Of a DNA stretch of 64,000 bases, positions 9,696 through 23,411 are shown piece after piece. The position numbers and the translations under genes are program-made. Numbering within the stretch: position 1 is the stretch's first letter; the number at the start of each line of letters is the position of its first letter. The stretch is taken from NCBI GenBank assembly GCA_963708135.1, contig OY970192.1, positions 5,184,001-5,248,000 of the forward strand. The letters are read 5' to 3'. Below the pieces are notes generated by a model, which was not told the origin of the DNA, did not search any database, and worked only from the letters and a program-made list of their open reading frames with translations. This DNA comes from an uncultured Gemmatimonadales bacterium (GTDB taxonomy: Bacteria; Gemmatimonadota; Gemmatimonadetes; Longimicrobiales; RSA9).

Positions 9696-12155
9696 ATGGA
9701 CGCGCTGCGGCAGGACATCCGCTATGCGCTTCGGGGGCTGCGCGGGAGCCCCGGCTTTGCGCTGCTGGCCGTGGTGACGCTGGCGCTCGGCATCGGCGCG
9801 AACACGGCGATCTTCAGCGCGGTCGACGCCGTGCTGCTGGCGGCGCTGCCCTATCCCCAGCCGGACCGGCTCGTGCGGGTGTACGCGGCGTCGGGCAGGA
9901 ACCCACCCGGCACGCTGTCGGGGCCGCAGTTCCTGGCGGTCCAGCGGCAGGTCCACGGCTTCGCGGCGGTGGCGGCCAGCTCGGGCGTGTCGGCGACGCT
10001 GACCGGGAGCGGCGCGGCCGAGCGGCTGGAGGGGGAGGTGGTCTCGGCCAGCTACTTCGAGGTGCTGGGTGTGGCACCGCTTCTCGGCCGCACCTTCGGC
10101 CGGGCCACGGCGGGGGCGGGCGAGGAGCGGCAGGTGGTGCTGTCGTGGCAGCTGTGGCGGACGCGGTTCGGCGGCGAGGCGGGCATCGTCGGCCGAACCC
10201 TCACGCTGAACGGGCAGGCGTACACCGCGGTGGGCGTGATGCCGCGGGGGTTCGAGGGCATGCGCCCGGACGACCAGCTGTGGACGCTGGCGCGGACGGA
10301 CGTTCCGGACTCGCCGTTCACCGGGCAGGGCGCCGACCCGGAGCACGCCTGGGGCGCGCGCTACCTGGATGTGCTGGGGCGGCTGCGGCCCGACGCCAGC
10401 ACGGCCGCGGTGGCGGGGCAGCTGGACGCCCTGGCGCGGCGGCTGAGCGCGAGCCATCCCGACACCGATGCGGGCGAGAGGTTCGTCCCGCGCGACTGGC
10501 ACGATGACCTGGTGGGCGACAGCCGCCGGCCGCTCATGCTGCTGCTCGCGGCCGTGGGCGCGGTGCTGCTGATCGCGTGCGCCAACATCGCCAACCTGCT
10601 GCTCACGCGCGGTGCGGCGCGCCAGCGCGAGGTCACGATCCGGATGGCGCTCGGCGCACCGCGCAGCCGGATCGCGCGGCAGTTCCTCACGGAGAGCGTG
10701 ATCCTGGGGCTGACCGGTGGCGCTGGCGGGCTGGCGCTGGCCTACGCCACGCTGGGTCCGCTCAAGCGGCTGGCGCCGGGGCAGGGAGGGGCGGGGCTGC
10801 GCCTCGAGCATGCCACGATCGACGTGCGCGTTCTGCTCTTCGCGCTCGGTGCCGCGCTGCTGGCCGGCCTGGCGGCGGGCGTGGTGCCGGCGGTGAGCGC
10901 GGCCGCCGCGAACCCGAGCAGCAGGCTGCGCGAGGGCGGGCGCGGCACGACCGAAGGCGCGGCGCGGCACCGGCTGCGCGCTCTCCTCGTGACGGCGGAG
11001 GTCGCGCTGTCCCTGGTGCTGCTCGTCTCCGCGGGGCTGCTCATCCGGAGCTTCGCGCGGCTGACCGCGACCGACCCCGGCTTCGAGAGCGCGCGCGTCG
11101 CGGCCATATCCCTGCCGCTGCCGCAGAACCGGTACGACGGCGCGCGCGTGGGCGAGCTGTACGGGCAGCTGCTCGAGCGCGTCCGCGCGCTTCCGGGCGT
11201 GAGCGCCGCGGGCGCCGCCTTCCCGCTGCCGCTCACGGGGAAGGGCGCATCGGCGGGGTTCGTGGTCGAGGGACGCCCGGCGCCGGACCCCGAGGAGGGG
11301 CAGCATGCGGGGCTCGTCTGGGCGACGCCTGGCTACTTCGAGGCGCTGCGCATCCCGGTGCGCGCGGGACGCGCGCTCGAGCGGCGCGACGCGCCGAATG
11401 CCGCGCCCGCCGTCGTCGTGAACGAGGCGCTGGCGCGGCGCTACTGGCCGGGAGAGGACGCGGTGGGGCGGCGGGTGAAGCTGGCCGACGACCCGGCGGA
11501 CACCACGTCGCCGTGGCTGACCGTGGTCGGCGTGGTGGGGGACGTCCGGCCGGCCGGGCTGGATGTGCCGCCCGCCCCCGAGCTCTACATCCCGCTCTCG
11601 CAGAACAGCTGGCCGTTCATGGCGCTCGTCGTCCGCACGGCGGCCGGCGATCCGCTGAAGCTCGTCCCCGCGATCCGGCGCGAGGTGGCGGCGCTCGATC
11701 CCAACCTGCCGCTGGGCCGGGCGCAGGCGCTGGAGACCGTGGTGGATCGCTCGGTGGCGCAGCCGCGCTTCCGCACGCTGCTGCTCTCCGTCTTCGCCTT
11801 CCTCGCGCTGCTGCTGGCGGGCATCGGCATCTACGGCGTGGTCTCGTTCGGCGTGACGCAGCGGCTGCACGAGATCGGCGTGCGCATGGCGCTCGGCGCC
11901 ACGCCCGGCCGGGTCCTGCGGCTGGTGGTCCGGCAGGGGCTCGCCCCGGTGGTGCTGGGCCTCGCGGTCGGCCTGGCGGGCGCGCTCGCGGCCGCCCGCC
12001 TGCTGGCCGGACTGCTCTACCAGGTGGGTGCCTGGGATCCGGCCACCTTCCTGCTCGTGCCGCTGGCGCTGCTCGCTGTGGCGACGCTGGCCGTGTGGCT
12101 GCCGGCGCGCCGCGCGACACGCGTGGACCCCGGCCTCGCCCTGCGCGCGGAGTGA
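9696..12155 (+). CDS. ABC permease, ADOP family
   Basis: [63 protein letters not shown]. Confidence 0.93.
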   Translation: MDALRQDIRYALRGLRGSPGFALLAVVTLALGIGANTAIFSAVDAVLLAALPYPQPDRLVRVYAASGRNPPGTLSGPQFLAVQRQVHGFAAVAASSGVSATLTGSGAAERLEGEVVSASYFEVLGVAPLLGRTFGRATAGAGEERQVVLSWQLWRTRFGGEAGIVGRTLTLNGQAYTAVGVMPRGFEGMRPDDQLWTLARTDVPDSPFTGQGADPEHAWGARYLDVLGRLRPDASTAAVAGQLDALARRLSASHPDTDAGERFVPRDWHDDLVGDSRRPLMLLLAAVGAVLLIACANIANLLLTRGAARQREVTIRMALGAPRSRIARQFLTESVILGLTGGAGGLALAYATLGPLKRLAPGQGGAGLRLEHATIDVRVLLFALGAALLAGLAAGVVPAVSAAAANPSSRLREGGRGTTEGAARHRLRALLVTAEVALSLVLLVSAGLLIRSFARLTATDPGFESARVAAISLPLPQNRYDGARVGELYGQLLERVRALPGVSAAGAAFPLPLTGKGASAGFVVEGRPAPDPEEGQHAGLVWATPGYFEALRIPVRAGRALERRDAPNAAPAVVVNEALARRYWPGEDAVGRRVKLADDPADTTSPWLTVVGVVGDVRPAGLDVPPAPELYIPLSQNSWPFMALVVRTAAGDPLKLVPAIRREVAALDPNLPLGRAQALETVVDRSVAQPRFRTLLLSVFAFLALLLAGIGIYGVVSFGVTQRLHEIGVRMALGATPGRVLRLVVRQGLAPVVLGLAVGLAGALAAARLLAGLLYQVGAWDPATFLLVPLALLAVATLAVWLPARRATRVDPGLALRAE

Positions 12156-12217
12156 CCGGCTCGGACGGATGGCGCCCGGCGCGCGCCGGCGCGCGGCTCC
12201 CCTCAAACGTGGATACC

Positions 12218-15031
12218 ATGGACACCCTGTACCGCGATCTCCGCTACGCCGTCCGCACCCTGGTGCGGAGCCCCGTCTTCGCCCTGGTGGCGATCCTCAC
12301 GCTCGCGCTCGGTATCGGCGCGAACACGGCCATCTTCAGCGTGGTGGACGCGCTGCTGCTCCGGCCGCTGCCGTACCCGCATCCGGAGCAACTGGTCACG
12401 GTGCAGGAGGGCGTGGCCGAGCGCCACATGTTCATGAGCATGGCGTACGCGGACGTGCAGGAGCTGCGGGCGGATACGCGCGTGTTCAGCCGGGTGGCCG
12501 CCTACGAGCAGGAACGCTACAACCTCACGGCCCCCGGCGAGCCGCGGGAGGTGAGGGCGCTGCTCGCCACGCCCGGCCTCTTCCCACTCCTCGGCGTCCG
12601 CCCGCAGCTCGGGCGAGGCTTCGCCAGGGACGAGGAACGGGCGCACGTGGCCGTGCTGAGCCACCGGCTGTGGGTCCAGGCCTACGCATCCGATCCCGGC
12701 GTCATCGGCCGCAGCGTGAGCCTCGACGACGTGCCCTACACCATCGTCGGCGTCATGGCCGCGGACTTCTCCTTCCCCACGGATGACGTCGAGCTCTGGC
12801 TGCCGATCGGCGGGGCGTTCGCCGCCGATCCCCAGGTCGAGACCAACCGCGGCTACCACGCCTTCAACACGGTCGCGCGCCTGCGGCCGGGCGTCACGCT
12901 GGAGAGCTCCCGTGCGGCGCTCGAGGTGCTGTCGAGGCGCCTGAACGCCGAGCAGGGCGGCCCCCGGGGGGCGGCGATGGCCGGGTATGCCACCGGCCGC
13001 GCCACGGCGGCCAGTGGCGCCGCCGGGCCGACGAGGTCCGAGGCTCCCGCTGGCGCCGGCGCACCCGTTCCCGGCGCCGGCGCGCCCGGCCCCGGGGCCG
13101 CGGCCCGCCCCAACGCCGCGTCGCGGGCCGGCGCCGCGCGGCCCGCGACGCGGGTGGGAGCGCCTGCCAATACCGGCCCGGGAGCCGGCGCTGCCCGCCC
13201 GGGACCCGGCGCTGCCGGCCCGGGACCCGGCGCCGCCGGCGCCGGGGCTGGCGGCCGGCGCGAGCTGCGCGTCCAGATGGGCGGCGGCGGGAAGGCCGGC
13301 GGTGGGAAGCTGGGCGGCATGCCGGCGCTCACCGGGCCGCCCGAGATGCACCTGGCGGCCACGCCCCTGCGCGACCTTGCCATAGGCGACGTCCGCGACC
13401 AGCTGCTCCTGCTCTTCGCCGCCGTCGCGCTCGTGCTGCTCATCGCCTGCGCAAATGCCGCCGGACTGCTCGTGGCCCGGGCCAACGCGCGCCGCCACGA
13501 GATCGCCATCCGGCGAGCAATGGGCGCGAGCCGGGGCCGAGTCGCGCGGCAGCTCCTGACCGAGAGCGTGCTGCTCGCGCTGGCGGGCGGCGCGGGCGGG
13601 CTGCTGCTCGCGCGCTGGGGGCTCCGCGCCGTGCTGGCGCTCTGGCCCAGCACGCTGCCCCACGTCGAGCATGCCGGCGTCGATGCGCGCGTGCTCGCCT
13701 TCACGTTCGGCCTCTCGCTGGCGACGGGCGTGCTCTTCGGGCTGCTTCCGGCACTGCGCGCCTCTTCGCCGGAGATGGAGGAGGCGCTGAAGGAGGAGTC
13801 CCGCACGGGAACGGCGGGGCGGCGTCGCCTGCGGGCGCAGTCGACGCTGGTCGTGGCCGAGACCGCGCTCGCCCTGGTGCTGCTCGTCTCCGCCGGCCTG
13901 CTCGTCCACAGCTTCGTGCGCCTCAGCGAGGTGAAGACCGGCTTCGATGCCGAGAACGTCCTCGCCGCACGCATCCGGCTGACCCCGGCCCGCTACAGCA
14001 CCACGGCCGCCGCGGGCCAGTTCTTCGATGCCCTCGTGCAGCGCATGCGCGCCAACCCTGCCGTGGAGGCGGCCGCCGTCTCGCGCATGCTTCCGCTCAG
14101 CGGCCGCATGATGATGATGGGCATGCCGGCGTCGCGGCTGAATCCGAGCTCCACGGAGCCGTTCGTGGCGGTCGGCGCGGACTTCGTCTCGCCAGGCTAC
14201 TTCCGCACGCTCGGCATCCCGCTGCTGCGCGGGCGTGCCTTCACGCAGGCGGACGTTGACACCGTCGGCGGGGCCGTGGTCATCAACAAGGCCATGGCCG
14301 AGCGCATCTGGCCCGGCGAGGACCCCGTCGGCCGGACGATCCCGCTGGGTGGCCGGCCGGGCGAGGCGGGGCGGGACGTGCCGATCGTCGGCATTGTCGG
14401 CAACACGCACACCGTCTCGCTCGAGCGGGACGTGGGGCCCGAGCTCTACCGCTCCGACACGCCGGCCGCCGTGCACGGCCCCGACGGCGGCGGCGAGGCG
14501 TGGCTCGTGGTGCGAGCGCGCCAGCACCCGCTCGCGCTCGTGCCCGCCATCCGTGCCGCCGTCGCCCAGCTCGACCCGCAGCAGCCGGTGGCCGAGGTGG
14601 TCGGGCTCCAGCAGCTCGTGGTCCGCTCGACCGCCGGGCAGCGCTTCAGCACCACGCTCGTGGCCGCCTTCGCCGCCCTCGCCCTGGTTCTCGCCATCGT
14701 CGGGCTCTACGGGCTCACCGCCTACGCCGTCGCGCAGCGCACGCGCGAGCTCGGCATCCGCTACGCCCTGGGCGCCCGGAAAGGCGACGTCCTGCGCATG
14801 CTCCTCGGCGAAGGCCTCGCGCTCACCGGCCTCGGCATCGCCCTCGGGCTCGTCCTCTCCCTCGGCGTGGGCCGCCTGCTCTCCGGCATGCTCTTCGGCA
14901 TCGGTGCGACGGATCCGATCACCTTCGCTGCGACCGCGCTCCTGCTCGCCGCCGCCGCGCTTCTCGCCGTCTGGCTGCCCGCCCGCCGCGCGGCGAAGGT
15001 CGAGCCGATGGTGGCGCTCAGGGCGGAGTGA
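12218..15031 (+). CDS. ABC permease, ADOP family, with ~120-aa Ala/Gly/Pro insertion
   Basis: ATG 12218 ([13 protein letters not shown]) matches the paralogue starts; ends [17 protein letters not shown]. Confidence 0.92.
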   Translation: MDTLYRDLRYAVRTLVRSPVFALVAILTLALGIGANTAIFSVVDALLLRPLPYPHPEQLVTVQEGVAERHMFMSMAYADVQELRADTRVFSRVAAYEQERYNLTAPGEPREVRALLATPGLFPLLGVRPQLGRGFARDEERAHVAVLSHRLWVQAYASDPGVIGRSVSLDDVPYTIVGVMAADFSFPTDDVELWLPIGGAFAADPQVETNRGYHAFNTVARLRPGVTLESSRAALEVLSRRLNAEQGGPRGAAMAGYATGRATAASGAAGPTRSEAPAGAGAPVPGAGAPGPGAAARPNAASRAGAARPATRVGAPANTGPGAGAARPGPGAAGPGPGAAGAGAGGRRELRVQMGGGGKAGGGKLGGMPALTGPPEMHLAATPLRDLAIGDVRDQLLLLFAAVALVLLIACANAAGLLVARANARRHEIAIRRAMGASRGRVARQLLTESVLLALAGGAGGLLLARWGLRAVLALWPSTLPHVEHAGVDARVLAFTFGLSLATGVLFGLLPALRASSPEMEEALKEESRTGTAGRRRLRAQSTLVVAETALALVLLVSAGLLVHSFVRLSEVKTGFDAENVLAARIRLTPARYSTTAAAGQFFDALVQRMRANPAVEAAAVSRMLPLSGRMMMMGMPASRLNPSSTEPFVAVGADFVSPGYFRTLGIPLLRGRAFTQADVDTVGGAVVINKAMAERIWPGEDPVGRTIPLGGRPGEAGRDVPIVGIVGNTHTVSLERDVGPELYRSDTPAAVHGPDGGGEAWLVVRARQHPLALVPAIRAAVAQLDPQQPVAEVVGLQQLVVRSTAGQRFSTTLVAAFAALALVLAIVGLYGLTAYAVAQRTRELGIRYALGARKGDVLRMLLGEGLALTGLGIALGLVLSLGVGRLLSGMLFGIGATDPITFAATALLLAAAALLAVWLPARRAAKVEPMVALRAE

Positions 15032-15128
15032 GCTCGGGGAACAGCGGGGGAACGCCGGTCGGACGGGGCGGCGCCGAATCCGTTGCGCGCCGCCCGCACC
15101 GACACGTCGGGCCCGCGCGAGCACAGGA

Positions 15129-15300
15129 AAGTCCCCACGGGTCGGCCGTGGAATCGACGTTTGGGGACTTGACTGCGAATAGCGCGGCAAAGTCCCCAAA
15201 CGTTCCCATGGAGCTGCGGCCCGTGGGGAGTTGACAACGAATAGCGCGGTCAACTCCCCAACCGTCTCCGCGCCGGGGTACGCGTGGGGAGTTGACCGCG
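15129..15300. repeat. Array of alternating inverted repeats (REP/BIME-like)
   Basis: Six alternating AAGTCCCCA/TGGGGACTT and GTCAACTCCCCA/TGGGGAGTTGAC motifs; perfect 14-bp and 16-bp inverted repeats. Confidence 0.8.
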
Positions 15301-15441
15301 GCCGCACGCAAGGGCCGGCGCACGCGGCGGTTCGCCGACGACGGCGGCGGCACCCGCCGCACGCAAGGGCCGGCGCACGCAGCGGTTCGCCGACGACGGC
15401 GGCGGCACCCGCCGAACGCAGGGGCCGGCGTACGCAGCGGT
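15301..15441 (+). repeat. 55-bp tandem repeat, about 2.5 copies
   Basis: Units begin at 15301, 15356 and 15411 (GCCGCACGCAAGGGCCGGCGCACGC...). Confidence 0.85.
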
Positions 15442-15524
15442 CGCGGCCGGCATTGGGGGCGGCCGCGGGGCGTGGGACGCGCAGCGGAACTACGGGCGGG
15501 CGGAACGGCGGGCGCGGGTGGCGT

Positions 15525-16079
15525 TCAGGCGGCGAGGCGCTGGTCGATTGCGGCGAGGCGGTCGTTCACGAGGCGGAAGCGCTGGTGCATGTCCGCGGAG
15601 AGTCCATCGAAGCGGCCGTTGAGAGCGACCAGCTCGTTCTCGATCGTCTCGAGGCGCTCGCCCAGAAGCATCACGGATCCACGGAGCTCCGCGACCGCCG
15701 GCTCCAGCCGGTTGCCGAGGTCCATAACGCCCTGGGTGATCCGACCCTCCAGTTGCTGGAGACGCATCTCGACCGTGGAGAAACGATCTGCCACTTCGCG
15801 AAATCCGTCATTGATGCGCGCCTCGAGCCGCTCCGCGCGGGCATCGGCGGCGACGAACTGTCCGGCCACCCTGGCGGATCCGTCGTCCATCTCGCCGCGG
15901 AGCCTGGCGAACCCGTCGTGCATCTCGCCGCGGAGCCTGGCGAACCCGTCGTCCATCTCGCCGCGGAGCCTGGCGAATCCGTCGGCCATCTCGCCGCGGA
16001 GCTTCCCCTCGAGGCGCTCGAAATGGCGAACCAGAAGCGCCATCAGCTCGTCGAACCTGGCCTCGATCTCGGCGTCCAT
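15525..16079 (-). CDS. Hypothetical coiled-coil protein with 11-aa repeats
   Basis: MDAEIEARFDELM...; four 33-bp repeats (15871-16002) encoding GEMxDGFARLR. Confidence 0.7.
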   Translation of the reverse strand: MDAEIEARFDELMALLVRHFERLEGKLRGEMADGFARLRGEMDDGFARLRGEMHDGFARLRGEMDDGSARVAGQFVAADARAERLEARINDGFREVADRFSTVEMRLQQLEGRITQGVMDLGNRLEPAVAELRGSVMLLGERLETIENELVALNGRFDGLSADMHQRFRLVNDRLAAIDQRLAA

Positions 16080-16377
16080 GGAGCCGTGGGCTGGGGGAGA
16101 ACGGGCGGACCGGCGGACGGAGTACCCGGCTGGGTTGGCGTCGTCCGGACCATGATACCACGGCGGCCGGGGCGCGGCCATGGCGGGATCGGCCGCGGGC
16201 TGGAGGTCCACAGCCGGGCGTGCCCGGCGGGTCCTGATCTCGTTGTGCCGGAGCCACTTGCCGCGCGCTCCGGGCGCCGGTGCCGCTTCCGGCGGCCGCC
16301 GGTTGGTGTCATATTGCGATCGCCCGGGCGGCTGCATCCCGGCTCGCGACCCCCTGATCCCTGAGCCCCTGAGCCCG

Positions 16378-19378
<3,001 letters not shown>

Positions 19379-19530
19379 AGCCGCAGCGCGCCGTACACCC
19401 GACGGGCTGTCAGGGGAATGCTGCTCCCGAGCCGATCTCCGAGGGAGGACATTGCCGCCGGCGCCCTATCGCAAGCCGACGCACCCTTGCCGGGATCCCG
19501 TGCCAGCCCCACCGCCCGTGCCCGCGACGC

Positions 19531-20358
19531 TCACAGATCCCGCATCCGGAACCCCCACCACGTGATCCCCACGATGGCGGCGATGTAGCCGGCGCTCAGG
19601 GCGAGGAGCAGCGGCGTGGGCATGAGCTCGGGCGGGGGGCGGTGGTTCTTCACGGCGTTCGCGATCGCGTCCTGCAACAGGGTGGGGTCCCACTGGATGC
19701 GCGCGGCCACGGCCTGGAAGACCTGCACGGGCAGGTAGCGGATCACTCCGGGGGCGCCGAGGGCGGCGATGGCGAAGCCGACGAGCCGCTCGGCGATGCC
19801 GATGTAGAGGAGGGCGAGGGCCATGCCGGCGCCGGTGCTGCGCGCCGCGAAGGCGAAGAACAGGGCGATGCTCGCCATGCCCATCATGGACAGCAGCACG
19901 CCGCCGGCGAGGCGCGCGTCCGTCGCCCGGAGCAGCGCGCCGGGCGCCGTGCCGGCAGGCGTGCCGAGGCCGGCGAAGACGGTGCCGAGCAGCGCGGCGA
20001 CGAGGAAGAAGACGGCGATGAGCGGCAGCGTGGCGAGCAGCTTGGCGCGGAAGTACTCGGCCTTCGAGAGCCCGTCGATGACGTTCTGCCTGGCGGTGCG
20101 CCAGGAGAACTCGGCGGCGAAGAGCAGCACGATCATCACGGGGACGAAGAACATGGAGATGTCGCCCGCCTGACCCAGGATGGTGGGCCACGCGCCCGGC
20201 AGCGCGAAGGGGTGGGTGGTGGGACGGACGGTGTGCTGGTGCCAGCGGCCGCCGAAGTCGAGGCCGAGCAGGAGAGAGTAGACGGCGAGGACGGCCCAGA
20301 ACGCCGTGCGCTTGCGGGTCTTCAGCAGCTCGATCCGGAGCAGCGTCGTGGCGCTCAT
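19531..20358 (-). CDS. ABC-2 type transporter permease
   Basis: LRIELLK start, about 6 TM segments, EFSWRTARQNVIDGLSK, FRMRDL end; overlaps the ATPase stop. Confidence 0.85.
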   Translation of the reverse strand: MSATTLLRIELLKTRKRTAFWAVLAVYSLLLGLDFGGRWHQHTVRPTTHPFALPGAWPTILGQAGDISMFFVPVMIVLLFAAEFSWRTARQNVIDGLSKAEYFRAKLLATLPLIAVFFLVAALLGTVFAGLGTPAGTAPGALLRATDARLAGGVLLSMMGMASIALFFAFAARSTGAGMALALLYIGIAERLVGFAIAALGAPGVIRYLPVQVFQAVAARIQWDPTLLQDAIANAVKNHRPPPELMPTPLLLALSAGYIAAIVGITWWGFRMRDL

Positions 20359-21269
20359 ACCGCCACCTCCGCCAGCCGGGCGTCGCCTTCGGTGGTCAGC
20401 TCCATGAACACGTCCTCCAGGCTCTGGCGGCGGGGGGCCAGGCAGGAGACGGCCACGCCGCGCTCGACCAGCCAGCGGTTCAGCTCCGCGGCGTCGCCAT
20501 CACCGATCGCGGCGACGACGGCGTCGTCCACCCGCTCGACCCTGCCCACCGCCGGGTACGCGGCGGCCGCGCCTTCGAGCGCGTCGAGGTCGGGCCCGCG
20601 CAGCACGACCGAGGTGCCCGCGCCGACGATGTCGGCCAGGCCGCCCTGCGCGAGCAGCCGGCCGCGCTTGATGATCGCCACGTGGGTGCACATCCGCTCG
20701 ACTTCCCAGAGCAGGTGGCTGGACACGAAGATCGTCTTGCCCAGCGCGGCCAGCCGGCCGACCAGCTCCCGGATCTCGCGCATCCCCTCCGGGTCCAGCC
20801 CGTTGGCCGGCTCGTCCAGGATGATGAGGCGGGGATCGCCGAGCGTGGCGGCCGCGATCGCCAGCCGCTGCTTCATCCCGAGCGAGTAGGTCTTGAACGC
20901 GCTGCGGCGCCGGCCGCCGAGGCCCACCAGCTCCAGCGAGCGGTCGATGCGGTCCGGCGCCACGCCCTTGATGTGGGCCACCACCCGCAGGTTGTCATAG
21001 CCGCTCAGGCAGGGGTAGAAGTTCGGCTGCTCGAGCGTGGCGCCGACGCGGCGCCGCCCCGCGTGCAGGTCCTCGGAGCCGAACAGCCGGATGCGCCCGG
21101 CCGTCCGGTTGATGATGCCGAGCAGCATCCCGATCGTGGTGGTCTTGCCGCTGCCGTTCGGGCCGAGGAAGCCGAACACCTGCCCCTCCTCGACGGACAG
21201 GGAGATGCCGTCCACCGCCTTGAGGGGGCCGTACCGCTTGGCCAGCCGCTCCGTGCCGATGACCTCCAT
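20355..21269 (-). CDS. ABC transporter ATP-binding protein (BcrA-like)
   Basis: GPNGSGKTT, YSLGMKQRL, ILDEPANGLDP, SSHLL, SLEDVFMELT. Confidence 0.95.
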   Translation of the reverse strand: MEVIGTERLAKRYGPLKAVDGISLSVEEGQVFGFLGPNGSGKTTTIGMLLGIINRTAGRIRLFGSEDLHAGRRRVGATLEQPNFYPCLSGYDNLRVVAHIKGVAPDRIDRSLELVGLGGRRRSAFKTYSLGMKQRLAIAAATLGDPRLIILDEPANGLDPEGMREIRELVGRLAALGKTIFVSSHLLWEVERMCTHVAIIKRGRLLAQGGLADIVGAGTSVVLRGPDLDALEGAAAAYPAVGRVERVDDAVVAAIGDGDAAELNRWLVERGVAVSCLAPRRQSLEDVFMELTTEGDARLAEVAV

Positions 21270-21356
21270 CAGCGCTCCAGGCTTCGAGGGAAGGGAACCG
21301 CTCCGGTGCCCGCGTCCACTACGGCGCGGAGTGATCAGGGTTTCGGCGCGAAGGCC

Positions 21357-22100
21357 TCAGCGCCGCCCGACGCGGAGCGCGAGCGGCCAGCGCACGGTGC
21401 GCGCCGTGTCCTCGGCGCCCCAGGCCGCGGCGAGCCTCCGGCGGAACGCCTCGTGGGCCGCGCCCCCACCCGCCCGCTCGAGTGCGCGCACGCCGGACCA
21501 CGTGCCGATGTAGCCGACGAGCTCCGCGAGCACCCAGTCGACACGGATCTCGAGCGCCGGGGCGACCATCTCCGCGAACGGAAAGGGCAGGGAGCGGTAG
21601 CCCTCGTCCACGTGCCGCCGCTCCGGCGGCCAGTGGCGCCCGAGCACATCCGTGTAGAAGCGCCCGATGACGCCATCCACGTCCGGGCCCACCCGCATCC
21701 GGCCGTAGGCGACGAGGGCGACCACCGCTCCCGCGCGCGCCACGCGCCGAACCTCGCCGTAGTAGCGCTCGAGGTCGAACCAGTGCGCGGCCTGCGCCGC
21801 CGCCGCGAGATCGGCCGCCCCGTCCGGCAGCCCGCTCGCGTCCGCTGGTGCCAGGCGGTACTCGACGCGTGGGTGCGCCGCGGCGCGCTCGAGCTGCGCT
21901 GCGCTCGCGTCCGTCGCCACGACGCGCCGGAAGCGGCCGGCCAGCACGGCCGAGAGCTGGCCGGAGCCGCAGCCCGCGTCCCAGGCGAGCGCGTGGCCAG
22001 GGGCGAGATCGGCGAGGAAGTCGGCGAGCGCGGGCGGGTAGGAGGGACGGTACGTCGCGTAGCGCGCCGCGGCCTGGGAGAAGTGGTCCTTGAAGTCCAT
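21357..22100 (-). CDS. Class I SAM-dependent methyltransferase
   Basis: MDFKDHFS..YATYRPSYP, WDAGCGSGQ, AQAAHWFD. Confidence 0.9.
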   Translation of the reverse strand: MDFKDHFSQAAARYATYRPSYPPALADFLADLAPGHALAWDAGCGSGQLSAVLAGRFRRVVATDASAAQLERAAAHPRVEYRLAPADASGLPDGAADLAAAAQAAHWFDLERYYGEVRRVARAGAVVALVAYGRMRVGPDVDGVIGRFYTDVLGRHWPPERRHVDEGYRSLPFPFAEMVAPALEIRVDWVLAELVGYIGTWSGVRALERAGGGAAHEAFRRRLAAAWGAEDTARTVRWPLALRVGRR

Positions 22101-22177
22101 CCGGAGCCTGTCTTCCCGACGCGAGCCGCCCCCGTGGATGGGTGTCCACGGGGGCGGGGTCGCGTCCGCGCCACGGG

Positions 22178-23395
22178 TCAGCGCAGGTTGGGGTTCGACG
22201 CCACCTCGTTGGCGCTGATCGGGATGCAGCTGTCGCGCCCGCTGAGGAAGTCGTTGTGCGCCGGCCCGGTCTCCTGGTACCAGCGGCGCAGGTCGTAGAA
22301 GCGGCGGTTCTCGAGCCACAGCACCGCGCCGCGCTCCCGCTGCAGGTCCTGCCAGGCGGTGGCCAGGTCGCCGGCGGGCAGCGCCGCCAGCCCGTAGGCC
22401 GCGCGCTCCTGGTTCATGAGGCCGTACGCCCCGTTCACGTCCTGGTTCCGCAGCGCCGCCTCCGCCCGGATGAGCAGCATCTCCGTGCCCTTCGAGAGCG
22501 GGATGTTGGCGTCCAGCGTCGCGTACTTCTGCTGCCGGAAGAACGGCGTCTTGCCGTCCTGCCCCGTCTGCAGCTTGCCGCCCGAGGTCAGCACCGTGTC
22601 CCACGGCACGCGCGGATCGGCGTCGCTGTTCCCCGCCCACTGCGTGTTGTAGACCGTGTACTCCCGGCGCGTCTGCGTCTCGTAGGCCAGCCCGTTGTTC
22701 TCGCGGCTGGTGTTGAGGGAGAAGATCGCATCGTACTCGAAGCTCGTGGGCACCTGCTGCGCGTCGGCCGCGGCGGCAGCCCAGTCGCCGAGGTCGGCGC
22801 GGATGGAGGCGCGGCCGGCGAGCGCGGCGTTCGTCAGCGTCGCATCCCCCTGCGCCTGCGCCAGCGCGAGCGCCTGCGTGAACGCGGAGTCCGCGCGCTG
22901 GAAGTGGACCGTGTAGGCTTGCGCCGCCCCGCCGTCGATGACCGCGGCGCAGACGTTCTCGCCCAGCAGGCGGTTGGCGTAGCCCATGTAGAGGTAGGCG
23001 CGCGGGGCCAGCGAGCTGGCGGCGAAGCCGGCGCCGAGCACCTCCCGCAGCCGCTGGATCCCGGTCTCGGCCACCCAGCGGGCGCGGTGCATGTCCGCCC
23101 AGTCGCCGTTCACGTTCTCGGGCGGGATGATGCCGCGGTAGTAGTAGCCCTCGTTGGCGTAGTTGCCGGCGTGGGCGAGCTCGTCCGACATGACCGTGCT
23201 CGACTGCGCCAGGTCGCTCATGGCGACGGAGAGGTCCGCCGACATCCCGGTCACGAGCCCCGGCATCGCGCTCGCCGTGCTCAGCGCATCGTCCGGCAGC
23301 GGGCCGGGGTTGGTCACCGTCAGGTCGCAGGCCGCGAGCCCCAGCGCCGCGGCGAGCAGCAGAGCTCCGCGGAGCCGCATCGTTCGATTCATCAT
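22178..23395 (-). CDS. RagB/SusD-family lipoprotein
   Basis: Lipobox LAAC, EMLLIRAEA, ERGAVLWLENRRFYDLRRW, IPISANEVASNPNL. Confidence 0.9.
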   Translation of the reverse strand: MMNRTMRLRGALLLAAALGLAACDLTVTNPGPLPDDALSTASAMPGLVTGMSADLSVAMSDLAQSSTVMSDELAHAGNYANEGYYYRGIIPPENVNGDWADMHRARWVAETGIQRLREVLGAGFAASSLAPRAYLYMGYANRLLGENVCAAVIDGGAAQAYTVHFQRADSAFTQALALAQAQGDATLTNAALAGRASIRADLGDWAAAAADAQQVPTSFEYDAIFSLNTSRENNGLAYETQTRREYTVYNTQWAGNSDADPRVPWDTVLTSGGKLQTGQDGKTPFFRQQKYATLDANIPLSKGTEMLLIRAEAALRNQDVNGAYGLMNQERAAYGLAALPAGDLATAWQDLQRERGAVLWLENRRFYDLRRWYQETGPAHNDFLSGRDSCIPISANEVASNPNLR

Positions 23396-23411
23396 GGTCC
23401 GTTCTCCGCGG

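Noticed and set aside
10577..15031. 1484-aa ORF as one giant permease
   Set aside because: The first ~550 aa are an off-frame shadow of the 9696 permease; the real start at 12218 matches the paralogue N-termini
15129..15300. Integron attC sites
   Set aside because: No clear RYYYAAC/GTTRRRY box pairs bounding cassettes, and no integrase
15301..15441. Possible CRISPR array
   Set aside because: Contiguous tandem units without unique spacers; no cas genes in the window
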